A DNA stretch of 24,915 bases from a virus (lineage: Duplodnaviria > Caudoviricetes), in the IMG/VR virus record IMGVR_UViG_3300048997_000273, positions 1-24,915 of that record; one strand, written 5' to 3'. The notes under the pieces were generated by a model, which had not been told where the DNA came from, did not search any database, and saw nothing but the letters and a program-made list of their open reading frames with translations. This document shows positions 17,382 through 24,915 of this stretch, piece by piece. The position numbers were made by a program, and so were the translations under genes. Position 1 is the first letter of the stretch; every line of letters starts with the position of its first letter.

Positions 17382-18854
17382 TCACAACGTGCCGCTTGTG
17401 GTGAGATCGGGAATGACGCCGGCGCAGAATGTCCATGATGTCGCCGCGGGAATTCTCACCTTGAAGCGCGAATAGCGGGTGTCTCGCCTGACGTCGCAGC
17501 GACCGGTTCTCGCATTGACCAACACTTCTCTCCCCGCCGTGGCGATCGCCGATGGCGTATCCCGATATGATACGGAACCGTACAGCGTGGCCGCATCTGT
17601 CACGGGGCGAAAGCCCCGGATCGCGACGCGGTTTTCATCCGTGCCCTGCTCTGCACTTTCCATCGTTGCTTCCAGATTGGTCCCGCGAAAGAAGCCGAGC
17701 ACGTGCGCGCCCGAAAACTGTGCGATTTCCGGCTGCACCGCGGTCGCATAAGCGTCGAGGCTCAATGTCATGGCATCCAATGAGGGAGAAATGCTGTCGA
17801 GATTTTCCAGCGTCAGACCGGTTTGCGAAATGCCGAGCAGATATTCCCCCGTGACCGAAACCGGGAAAAATCGATCCAGCAGAAAATCGTAGCCGAGCAA
17901 CTTGTCGTAAGTCCCGACCGTGCCGGAGGCCGATTTATAAGCCCAGTAGACCCGCGTGCTTCGCGGATCCGCCGCCCCCATGAACAGTTGCAAATTGCCG
18001 TTGTCGAGATCGGCAAGAAATGTGCGGTCGACCTTTTCGCGGCCGATCTGCACGGGCACGCCGCCGGGCTCGATCTTGTGAAAGCCCTGGCCGGCATAGA
18101 AGAAGATACGCTCGCCCGCCCGAATGATCGAATAGGGCGCATAGAGGCCCTTGTCCTGGGTGATGCGGTCGATCTGAAAGATGATCGGTGACCCCGGCAC
18201 ATACGACATCCGCCGGATCGCCTGATCCTGAAAGATGATCCCGGCCTCGCCGCCCGCAACACCTCGGACAATGCCGCCGTCGGGAAAGTCCTGAAAGTCG
18301 GAGGAAGCGACACCGCTGGTCCAGCTCGTGGAGGCGTTGAAGCTGTTCAACCCCGACCACTGGATCCGGTAAGGCGTTGAGAGCAGGCCGGACAACACCA
18401 GGAAACGACCGACCACGCTGATATAGGCCGCCTGTGGCGGTGAACCCAAGGCATTGCTAAAGGCCGTCGCGGATGAGAGATCGAACACCTGCAGGACGGC
18501 GTTCGCTTGCGTTGCGAATACAAGATTTCCCGTTTGCGCAAACTGCCATTGGGCGGTTGAAGTCAGCGCGCCATAGCTTCCCCCGCCCAAGGAAACGTCC
18601 GTCCATGTAAAGTCGGTATTGTTGAGTCTGTAGAGCTTCGTTGCAGTGCCCGCGAAGGCAATGACCGTTCCATCCGATTTCAGCGCGTAGAACGCGCCCC
18701 TGCACGCGGAGGGAAGCGCCGAGGTGTAGGCCGAAAAGGATGGAAACGGCCCATAGCCGTCGCCGCGCGGAACGACGTTGAGGATGTTCCTCGTGGCCTG
18801 GCCCTCATAATCGCTGACGTCGGGGCGATAGTCACCATAAGCGAGCAGCGGCAT
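17382..18854 (-). CDS. Podophage tail nozzle / stabilisation protein (P22 gp10 / T7 tubular B analogue)
   Basis: 490 aa beta-rich protein (beta-propeller-like; RIQWSG, YSRFKVRI), located after the adaptor and before the ejection genes. Confidence 0.75.
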   Translation of the reverse strand: MPLLAYGDYRPDVSDYEGQATRNILNVVPRGDGYGPFPSFSAYTSALPSACRGAFYALKSDGTVIAFAGTATKLYRLNNTDFTWTDVSLGGGSYGALTSTAQWQFAQTGNLVFATQANAVLQVFDLSSATAFSNALGSPPQAAYISVVGRFLVLSGLLSTPYRIQWSGLNSFNASTSWTSGVASSDFQDFPDGGIVRGVAGGEAGIIFQDQAIRRMSYVPGSPIIFQIDRITQDKGLYAPYSIIRAGERIFFYAGQGFHKIEPGGVPVQIGREKVDRTFLADLDNGNLQLFMGAADPRSTRVYWAYKSASGTVGTYDKLLGYDFLLDRFFPVSVTGEYLLGISQTGLTLENLDSISPSLDAMTLSLDAYATAVQPEIAQFSGAHVLGFFRGTNLEATMESAEQGTDENRVAIRGFRPVTDAATLYGSVSYRDTPSAIATAGREVLVNARTGRCDVRRDTRYSRFKVRIPAATSWTFCAGVIPDLTTSGTL

Positions 18855-19462
18855 TATTCAGTCTTCCAGGGATCGGGTTGAATGACGGCTGGCGTCCACG
18901 TTTCCGTCGGCTTTGGTTGCGCGGTCCAGGCTTGGGATGACGTTGTATCTCGCGTCCACGCCTCATCCGAAATCGCGCTGGCACTCCAGCTGTCGGCATC
19001 GAAGGTTCGAGGAAACCACGCTTCGAAATCGCGCGTAAAGGTCGAGGGATAGCCGGTGACGACGTAGGCGCCGGTGCCGGACACCAACCCGACGCGCAAT
19101 GGCGCCGTATTTCCCATCATCAGATAGGTGCCCGCCGATGACACGAATTTCGTCGTGAAAAGCGCCGCATTGCCCGATACCGGATAACTTCCCACGCTCG
19201 CCGGCAGCATAACGAAAAACGGCGCCGCATTTCCGTTGAGTGAATAAGCGGCGAACGAAGCCGAGATTGTGCGCGAGAAGGTCGCGGCCTTGCCGGCCAC
19301 AACGAAATTTCCGGCGCTCGATAATCCAAATATCGAGAAAGGGGCGGAAATGCCAGAGACGGCGAAAACGCCGGTTGATGCCACCAATATGCCGATTGGC
19401 GCATGCTTCACCCGAAGACGCTTGATCGTCCTTCGTTTGAAGACGTGAAAGCGATCTGACAA
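18854..19462 (-). CDS. Structural protein with ~22-aa repeats (GxYxxxGxxA) and Trp-spaced C-terminal repeats
   Basis: Repeats GVFAVSG, GNFVVAG, AAYSLNG, GSYPVSG, GTYLMMG, GAYVVTG. Tail has DSWS, EAWT, QAWT, ETWT, DPWK. Start uncertain (TTG). Confidence 0.65.
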   Translation of the reverse strand: MSDRFHVFKRRTIKRLRVKHAPIGILVASTGVFAVSGISAPFSIFGLSSAGNFVVAGKAATFSRTISASFAAYSLNGNAAPFFVMLPASVGSYPVSGNAALFTTKFVSSAGTYLMMGNTAPLRVGLVSGTGAYVVTGYPSTFTRDFEAWFPRTFDADSWSASAISDEAWTRDTTSSQAWTAQPKPTETWTPAVIQPDPWKTE

Positions 19463-19481
19463 GGAAGTTCTCGGCTAAATT

Positions 19482-19949
19482 TCAGACGAGTTCGGCGAAC
19501 GTCACCGATCCCGACACGTTCATTGAGGCGCTTGGCGCGGTGCCGAGACGAAGACAGAAGGCCTGGCTCGGCGCGATGATGATCCGATCGTCCTGGCCGG
19601 CGGGCGACCAATAGAATCCGTTGAGGAAGTTGAATTCATCGGCAAGCAGCGTGGCTATGGTGCCGGTAGATGTGGCGAGCGTGGTGTTGTTGATGGTCGC
19701 GGTGACGGCGGACGCCGTGTCGTTCGGCGTCATCGGCCTCGGCGTAACCGCAGTCCCGCCGGTGATGGTGGCCGTCGCCGGCACGCGCTTGAATGTGATA
19801 TCTTTCGCTTCCCATGCGGTGAGCGTCTTCTGCCCGAGATTCACCGCATGAATCTCGATCGGAACGGTCGATGCTGCGAGCAGTGTGATAAGGTCTTGCG
19901 CCGCAGCGACAGCCACGCTGTCGATACTGACAGTATAAATTCTTGCCAT
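19482..19949 (-). CDS. Beta-rich putative virion structural protein (155 aa)
   Basis: T/A/V-rich, AAGGGA RBS, within the structural operon. Confidence 0.7.
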   Translation of the reverse strand: MARIYTVSIDSVAVAAAQDLITLLAASTVPIEIHAVNLGQKTLTAWEAKDITFKRVPATATITGGTAVTPRPMTPNDTASAVTATINNTTLATSTGTIATLLADEFNFLNGFYWSPAGQDDRIIIAPSQAFCLRLGTAPSASMNVSGSVTFAELV

Positions 19950-19965
19950 TATTCAAGGTGTCCCT

Positions 19966-21072
19966 TCAGTACGAAAATCCCTGACGCCTCTCGACGAAAT
20001 TGCGAACCCGGATTGGTTTTATCGCCTGCACGCTGTTCGACAGAACGACGATACCGGAGCCGCCTTGGCCGCCATTGCCAGAGCCGCCGTTGTTGACGTT
20101 TCCGCCGCCACCACCACCGCCGCCGGTATTGGCCACGCCGGGGCCGCCATTGACCGCACCAACCGCACCACCTCCGCCGCCACCTGAACCACCACCGCCT
20201 GGATTCGTGCTTGGGTTGGTATCGCCGCCACCCCCGCCGCCGCCGGCATAGGTGACGGGCGATCCGCTGATCGATGACGAAACCCCTGCGCCCCCGTTGC
20301 CGGAATTTGGCGAGGAGGCGTTGTTTCCGACCGCGCCTGCGCCGCCACCGCCGCCCGAAACACGTTGATTAGCTGCGCCGCTTTGGCCGCCGCTATTACC
20401 CTGCCCCGCCGTGCCGCTGCCGCCGGAAGTCGTGCCGGTTATCGACATGCCTGCACCGCCGCCAGAACCGCCCGTGGAGCCGGCGAAAGTATTGCGAGCC
20501 CCGGCGCCGCCGCCGATCGCGGTGAATCCGCTAAATACCGAGTTGGCGCCGTTGGTCTCGGCGATCCCACCTCCCGCGACGTTCACGGTAAAAGAGCCAG
20601 CGGATAGCGCGGTCGTTCCGGTAAGAAGCCCTCCCGCTCCACCGCCGCCGCCGCCGATCGAACCGCCTCCCCCTCCGCCGGCGACGATCAGATAATCCGT
20701 CGCGATCACACCACCCGGAACGGTCCATGTGGATGTTCCGATTGTCGTGAATTGCGTGACGGTCGCAAACTCATAAACGAGGACGCCGGTAGAAAGACCT
20801 GGATGCCATGCCGGCGTCGGCATATCCCACTGGTCAGGCGATGGCCCGATATCTTGCAGCGCGCGCCAGAACGTCAGCGCCGCGACCAGATCGTCGAAAT
20901 TCCCTTGCCAGAGAATCGCGCCGCTGATGCCGCGCGCAACGATCTTGTAGTGGAATTCATCTCCCTGTGGCTCGAACCATTGAACAATGCGCCGGGACTT
21001 GAAGGCCTCGGAAAGAAGCAAACGGCCATCGCGGAATTGAGTGCCTGCCAGATCGACATTCCAGATTGTCAT
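19966..21072 (-). CDS. Glycine-rich-domain virion protein (fibre/adhesin-like)
   Basis: YLIVAGGGGGG...GGGGAGG, YAGGGGGG, ANTGGGGGG, GGSGIVV: the phage glycine-rich (polyglycine-II) domain pattern. Confidence 0.8.
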   Translation of the reverse strand: MTIWNVDLAGTQFRDGRLLLSEAFKSRRIVQWFEPQGDEFHYKIVARGISGAILWQGNFDDLVAALTFWRALQDIGPSPDQWDMPTPAWHPGLSTGVLVYEFATVTQFTTIGTSTWTVPGGVIATDYLIVAGGGGGGSIGGGGGGAGGLLTGTTALSAGSFTVNVAGGGIAETNGANSVFSGFTAIGGGAGARNTFAGSTGGSGGGAGMSITGTTSGGSGTAGQGNSGGQSGAANQRVSGGGGGAGAVGNNASSPNSGNGGAGVSSSISGSPVTYAGGGGGGGDTNPSTNPGGGGSGGGGGGAVGAVNGGPGVANTGGGGGGGGNVNNGGSGNGGQGGSGIVVLSNSVQAIKPIRVRNFVERRQGFSY

Positions 21073-21082
21073 GTGATCGGCT

Positions 21083-21514
21083 TTACGTAATCGTCAGGAT
21101 GCCGTTGGTCAGATCGGTCACGACCGTAAAGGTGTTGCCATTGGTCAGCGTGATCGGGCCACCGTAATCCCACCAGCCGATCAGCGGCTTGGTCGCGGAC
21201 GTCGAGTTATACAGCACCGCAAATTCAAACGGCCCGATCGAGCCGCCAGACGCGGTCCATGACGGCTGCGTCCCCGCCGTGAATTTGAAAACGCCCGAGG
21301 CCTGCGCGCCGCTCGTGGTTCCGATAGTCGCGCCGCCTGCGGTGTAACCGTTCGCGGTCGCAAGATCGGCGGGCGTGTTGTAAACCGTATTGGTCGCGAC
21401 CGGCGCGGTGTTGGTCAGGTAGACTTTATAGACCTGGGCGGTTCCGGTCTTCATATCGTGCAGGGCATTCGCCACGTCCTGCACAAAGCAATTGAATTTA
21501 TTGAATGATGCCAT
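21083..21514 (-). CDS. Putative virion structural protein (143 aa)
   Basis: MASFNKFN...NGYTAGG...WTASGGSIGPF..AVLYN...LIGWWDYG, a pattern common in phage structural genes. GAGGG RBS. Confidence 0.75.
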   Translation of the reverse strand: MASFNKFNCFVQDVANALHDMKTGTAQVYKVYLTNTAPVATNTVYNTPADLATANGYTAGGATIGTTSGAQASGVFKFTAGTQPSWTASGGSIGPFEFAVLYNSTSATKPLIGWWDYGGPITLTNGNTFTVVTDLTNGILTIT

Positions 21515-21522
21515 ATTGCCCT

Positions 21523-21625
21523 CATGGCGTTTTCAAGCGAGGCGGATACCGCTTCGCTTGAAGGAACGCGTCAAACAAAGAAATAGAGCCTCCGTCCGAT
21601 TCAATCGGAACGGAAAAGACGCTAG
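21523..21625. repeat. Rhizobiales-type interspersed palindromic element (two hairpins, ending in CTAG)
   Basis: Inverted repeats TTCAAGCGAGGCGG/CCGCTTCGCTTGAA (21532-21562) and TCCGTCCGATT/AATCGGAACGGA. Family assignment is from recall. Confidence 0.65.
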
Positions 21626-21697
21626 TGGAGCGGATTTGACATTCGCTACCCACCCAGCCGCATACACGGGAAGCGAATGTCAGAATCGGACCGCTAG
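21622..21697. repeat. Second CTAG-bounded palindromic element at the adaptor stop codon
   Basis: CTAG at 21622-21625 and 21694-21697. Internal inverted repeat TGACATTCGCT (21637-21647) / AGCGAATGTCA (21672-21682). Confidence 0.65.
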
Positions 21698-22347
21698 AAA
21701 ACCTGCCCCGAGACCCGAACCGTCATCGGTCCGGCGTTGAACGCCGACGTCAGTCCGAGATTGTTCAAATCGTTCAGCGCCGTGCCAAAGCCGAGGCCCC
21801 AGGTCTGGATGCGACCGTCTTCCTTGACGTAAGGCGCCGATTCAAGGAGCGCCCCGTAGAGATAAAGATCGGGAGCCAGCGTCAACAGCCAGTTACACGC
21901 GTTCGAAGCCAATGCCGGAATGGTCTGCCGGTACACCATCTCGATGGTGTAGGCTGCATCTGGTGTTGGCGCGATTTCGATTTCGTCGCCAAACACCGTG
22001 AAGTAGCGCGGCTGCGCCACGACGTCGGACGTGCTGAAGCGGTATTCGTCCATCTGCGTGCCCGACTTGAATTCGAGAGACGGTTTCCCGGTCACGCTCG
22101 ACAATCGCACCCGGCGCATCGACTGGAAATCCGCCGGCAGCGAAATGAATTCGGGCTCGCTCGATGCGGTATTGACGAGCGCCGTCGAGCGGCGCTCCAT
22201 TTGGCGAACGAACAATTGCCGGTTGAACTTCGCTTCGGCGAGCTGGATGAAAGTCGGGATCCGCGCAATCAGCGTCGTATCCTGATCCCTCGCGAGATAT
22301 TCGCTCACCGCTGATTGCAGCGACGTATAATCGAGGATTTGCGTCAC
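21694..22347 (-). CDS. Head-tail adaptor / tail tubular protein A-like (217 aa)
   Basis: GTG at 22347 overlaps the upstream stop. Motifs YTSLQSAVSEYLAR, IPTFIQLAEAKFNR, LPADF, NWLLTLAPDLYLYGAL. Confidence 0.8.
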   Translation of the reverse strand: MTQILDYTSLQSAVSEYLARDQDTTLIARIPTFIQLAEAKFNRQLFVRQMERRSTALVNTASSEPEFISLPADFQSMRRVRLSSVTGKPSLEFKSGTQMDEYRFSTSDVVAQPRYFTVFGDEIEIAPTPDAAYTIEMVYRQTIPALASNACNWLLTLAPDLYLYGALLESAPYVKEDGRIQTWGLGFGTALNDLNNLGLTSAFNAGPMTVRVSGQVF

Positions 22348-22676
22348 GGTAACCCCGCTGACCATCCGGCTTGTAGTTTCGGCCTATCGGTTCGCAAATA
22401 GGCCCATTCCGGATCTTCGAGTTTCCTTTGCACGATCAGATCGAACTCAGGCGTGAACATCCGCAAGGAGGTGTTGCCCCTGGCGTGTTCCTCGTCCAAC
22501 CATTTGACGTAAATGACGTTGGGGATGCGGGCGACGTGGCGTCCCCAATCGCCGTGCTGCTCGTCGGCACGCGATTGCTGGTTCCACTCCAGAATCGGCT
22601 CGACATCCTGCACGTGCTCGATCGCAAGATCTTTGCCGTTGCGATCGATGTGGGCGCGGATCGTAACGCCGTCCAT
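22344..22676 (-). CDS. Conserved podophage hypothetical protein (110 aa)
   Basis: ATG at 22676 (TGATG coupling). Motifs QDVEPILE, RHVARIP, KLEDPEWAYLRT. Confidence 0.75.
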   Translation of the reverse strand: MDGVTIRAHIDRNGKDLAIEHVQDVEPILEWNQQSRADEQHGDWGRHVARIPNVIYVKWLDEEHARGNTSLRMFTPEFDLIVQRKLEDPEWAYLRTDRPKLQAGWSAGLP

Positions 22677-22987
22677 CACGACATTTCCGTGGTCCACAAC
22701 GTTCCCGCCGTGGCCGTGACGAGCCCGTTGGTGGCCGCCTTGATGGCGGAGATACGCTGGCCGGGATTGACGATGACATACTCGATGACATTGGCCGGAA
22801 GAAACGTGTCGGCCGTCGTCGCCGTTTGCGCACCATCGCCGATCCGGTAGCAACAGGCCGCATTCGCCACCAGGCGAAGCTGGTAGGTCGACGGACCGAA
22901 TGCGTTTGTTATCGCCACGCTGGCGTCGAACGCGATCGTCTGCGTCGCCCCGACGCGGGAGGACGGATGTTTGGGAAAGAACGACAT
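22676..22987 (-). CDS. Small beta-rich structural protein, capsid decoration candidate
   Basis: 103 aa, A/T-rich, immediately after the capsid genes. Confidence 0.7.
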   Translation of the reverse strand: MSFFPKHPSSRVGATQTIAFDASVAITNAFGPSTYQLRLVANAACCYRIGDGAQTATTADTFLPANVIEYVIVNPGQRISAIKAATNGLVTATAGTLWTTEMS

Positions 22988-23350
22988 TTATGCGGCCCTC
23001 ACAGCGACGGAGAAGTGCATCGGGATCGACCCGCCCGACGCGCCCGACGGGGTCAATACGATCACGTCGTCCTCGTTCAGGTAGGTGGGTGAAGGCGGCG
23101 TTGCTGAAAACAACTGGCCCGCGGCCGAGCCGGATTGCGGCACGGCGAACGTTGCAAGCGTGGTTGTGTTGGCGGACACGGTGACGGTGGCGTCCGTGGT
23201 GGTGATGGTTCCGCCGAGAATGCCGGTTGCTTTCAGAAGCCGGCAGCGAAAGGGAACGCGAATATAAGCCGGGACAGGCGCAGTGCCGCAGGAAGGCGTG
23301 TAGGCCGTCAGGTCAACGGAGTTGAACGTATGATTGCCGGGCAGTGGCAT
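22988..23350 (-). CDS. Small beta-rich structural protein, capsid decoration candidate
   Basis: 120 aa, GGAG RBS, first gene after the major capsid gene. Confidence 0.7.
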   Translation of the reverse strand: MPLPGNHTFNSVDLTAYTPSCGTAPVPAYIRVPFRCRLLKATGILGGTITTTDATVTVSANTTTLATFAVPQSGSAAGQLFSATPPSPTYLNEDDVIVLTPSGASGGSIPMHFSVAVRAA

Positions 23351-23388
23351 TTTTGGTCTCCAGGGAAATGGGGTCAGGCTGTTGCCAG

Positions 23389-23430
23389 GTCATTCCGGGT
23401 TGGCCCATCAAGGACCAGACCCGGAATGAC
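23389..23430. repeat. REP-like palindrome or attenuating hairpin after the major capsid gene
   Basis: GTCATTCCGGGT (23389-23400) / ACCCGGAATGAC (23419-23430), a perfect 12-bp inverted repeat. Confidence 0.75.
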
Positions 23431-23441
23431 GGCGTGAAAAA

Positions 23442-24404
23442 TCAGGACGCGGTGTTGTCGAAAATGCCGCCGCTCGATTTTTCATTGCGGGCGACCAACG
23501 CGTATTCCGCCAGGATCTGACGACGATCGGAGTCACCCGTTTTGGCCAGCGGAATCGAAATCATGTTTCGTCCGTTCAGATAGGCCACCGCCCACTTGTC
23601 CATTTCCAGGACGAGCACGTCGCGGGTCCGCTGGAAGCGGTTTGCCACCACCTTCAGCTTTCCGAAATCGGACTCATAGGCATCGACCGAAGCCACGATT
23701 TTCTTCGACTTGGCTTCCTCGATCGCGGTGGAACGACCGGTGAAGGTCGAGAACACCTGCTTGTTGAAGGCGCCCGTGAAGATGGTGTCTGGCTTGCCGC
23801 CATTGGTCCAGATCGAGGACAGCACGCTTTTCAGCCGCGCTTCGGTGAACGCAATCTGCGTACCATCGGTACGCGCGCCGGTGCCATCGACGGGAGACGG
23901 GTCGGCGGGAGAGCCGGCCGTCCCCTTCGAGGTGTTGGACGCGATCCATGACAGGATCGAGGCCGTCTGGCGGGCTGTGGTCGTGTTGCCGGTGACCTTG
24001 GCCTGGTTGGTGCCGACCAGGATGGTTTCGATGTCACGCTTGAGCTCGAGACCCTTGAGCAGTTCCTGATACGCAAGTTCGTTGTCGCGGCCGGCGTGCT
24101 CGACGGCCTGCTGCGTGCCCGACACCCGGGCCACCTTGTAGGAGATTTGGCAGAGGTTGCCGAGACGAACCGTCGGCGTGGTTGCATTGGTGGTCGGATC
24201 GTCGCCTTCGAGCTGGGCGTTCGCCGAGGAAGCCGGAGCAAGCGCCTGGGTCTGCCATTCGTGATTGACGGCCGCGGCCTTTTCTTTTTCCGCCCCGCTC
24301 AGGAACGGGGTGTCGGTCGGGTCGATGCGATAGATGATATCGCTCAGGTCTTCGCGGTTGCCAATCGCCTGGTAGCTGGCAAAGGTGGAAGTCGGTAGAG
24401 CCAT
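23442..24404 (-). CDS. Major capsid protein, SU10/DUF5309-like
   Basis: GNREDLSDIIYRIDPTDTPF, HEWQTQAL, NAQLEGDD, RLGNLCQI, ELKRDIE, YESDFG, LAKTGDS. AAGGA RBS. Confidence 0.9.
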   Translation of the reverse strand: MALPTSTFASYQAIGNREDLSDIIYRIDPTDTPFLSGAEKEKAAAVNHEWQTQALAPASSANAQLEGDDPTTNATTPTVRLGNLCQISYKVARVSGTQQAVEHAGRDNELAYQELLKGLELKRDIETILVGTNQAKVTGNTTTARQTASILSWIASNTSKGTAGSPADPSPVDGTGARTDGTQIAFTEARLKSVLSSIWTNGGKPDTIFTGAFNKQVFSTFTGRSTAIEEAKSKKIVASVDAYESDFGKLKVVANRFQRTRDVLVLEMDKWAVAYLNGRNMISIPLAKTGDSDRRQILAEYALVARNEKSSGGIFDNTAS

Positions 24405-24640
24405 AGTCGTTATTTCCTTGGATGATGCCGGCGTTGGGCGTCACACATTGTGCCGCGCACAACTGGTGAGCAGCCTTAACGAGCCGGTGCGTTGGTCTCG
24501 ATGAAGACCTGGACGGGTTTTGGAGTGAGAAGACTTCGGCTTGCTCGATGGCGCGGAAGCTTGGCTTCCGGTTCGGCTCCCTTGAGGTCTTCACCGGGCG
24601 CCTGCGCGTCTCGCAGGGTCGGCGTTGGCTTTCGCCAATT

Positions 24641-24674
24641 AAAAAGCCCGCGACCGATTTTCCGGCGCGGGCTT
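24641..24674 (-). terminator. Leader terminator/attenuator hairpin
   Basis: AAGCCCGCG (24644-24652) / CGCGGGCTT (24666-24674), followed by a T run on the minus strand. Confidence 0.65.
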
Positions 24675-24689
24675 AAATCTTGCGATGGT

Positions 24690-24723
24690 GAATATATGCC
24701 GGTGATTTGCCCGACGTGTCAAG
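24690..24723 (-). promoter_or_regulatory. Putative sigma70-type promoter for the structural operon
   Basis: Minus strand reads CTTGACA (-35, 24723-24717), 17 nt, then GCATATATT (-10-like). Confidence 0.55.
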
Positions 24724-24913
24724 CGAAGCGAACCACGCGACTCGCCAATCGCCTGACATCGGGCGCGACAGCGAGCGCGGCGTTAGAATCTAGTTCAGAA
24801 TCGAGACTGGAGAGTGGAACGCTAAAAGAATCTTCCGGCTCGGCTGGCGCGGGCGGCGTATCTCCGAAATATTTCAAAACACCGCCAGTGCTCTGTTGTT
24901 CGGGGAAGGGATT
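24719..24913 (-). CDS. 3' end of an ORF running in from outside the window; low-complexity C-terminus with DVRRLASR motif
   Basis: 65 open codons NPFPEQQSTGGVLKYFG...APDVRRLASRVVRFA*. The stop codon overlaps the -35 box. Not in the ORF track. Confidence 0.55.
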   Translation of the reverse strand, partial: NPFPEQQSTGGVLKYFGDTPPAPAEPEDSFSVPLSSLDSELDSNAALAVAPDVRRLASRVVRFA

Positions 24914-24915
24914 GC

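Noticed and set aside
20000-20695. Pro-rich plus-strand ORFs and GCC repeats as separate genes or an array
   Set aside because: They are the antisense shadow of the glycine-rich gene.
1-24915. CRISPR array, tRNA, rRNA, IS transposase
   Set aside because: No regularly spaced repeats, RNA gene signatures or transposase motifs were seen.

Overview
High-GC alphaproteobacterial DNA (Bradyrhizobium-like by gene and repeat style; inference). Most of the window is one minus-strand podovirus-type morphogenesis and lysis cluster. In order of transcription: SU10/DUF5309-like major capsid protein, small capsid-associated proteins, head-tail adaptor, a Gly-rich appendage module, tail nozzle, needle-like and GNAT-fold virion proteins, an ejection-type protein with a C-terminal peptidase S74 domain, a displaced scaffold, a tail-collar fibre and a lysis cassette. 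No terminase, portal, integrase, replication gene or large DNA-ejection protein is visible in the window. The positions around the ejection gene hold candidate effectors: a BECR-like nuclease, a toxin plus DUF4279-like immunity pair, a decayed toxin-like gene and orphan immunity-like genes. Several of these share short motifs (DPxx[YF]G, D[VA]R[RQ]L[AG]xR). The operon begins with a promoter followed closely by a terminator and carries host-type palindromic repeats. The leading hypothesis is a domesticated phage-derived particle that packages polymorphic protein cargo. The left end carries surface-acylation genes (acyltransferase-3, frameshifted MBOAT plus SGNH partner), a methyltransferase and a GNAT. 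All family assignments are from motif recognition by eye; no searches were run.
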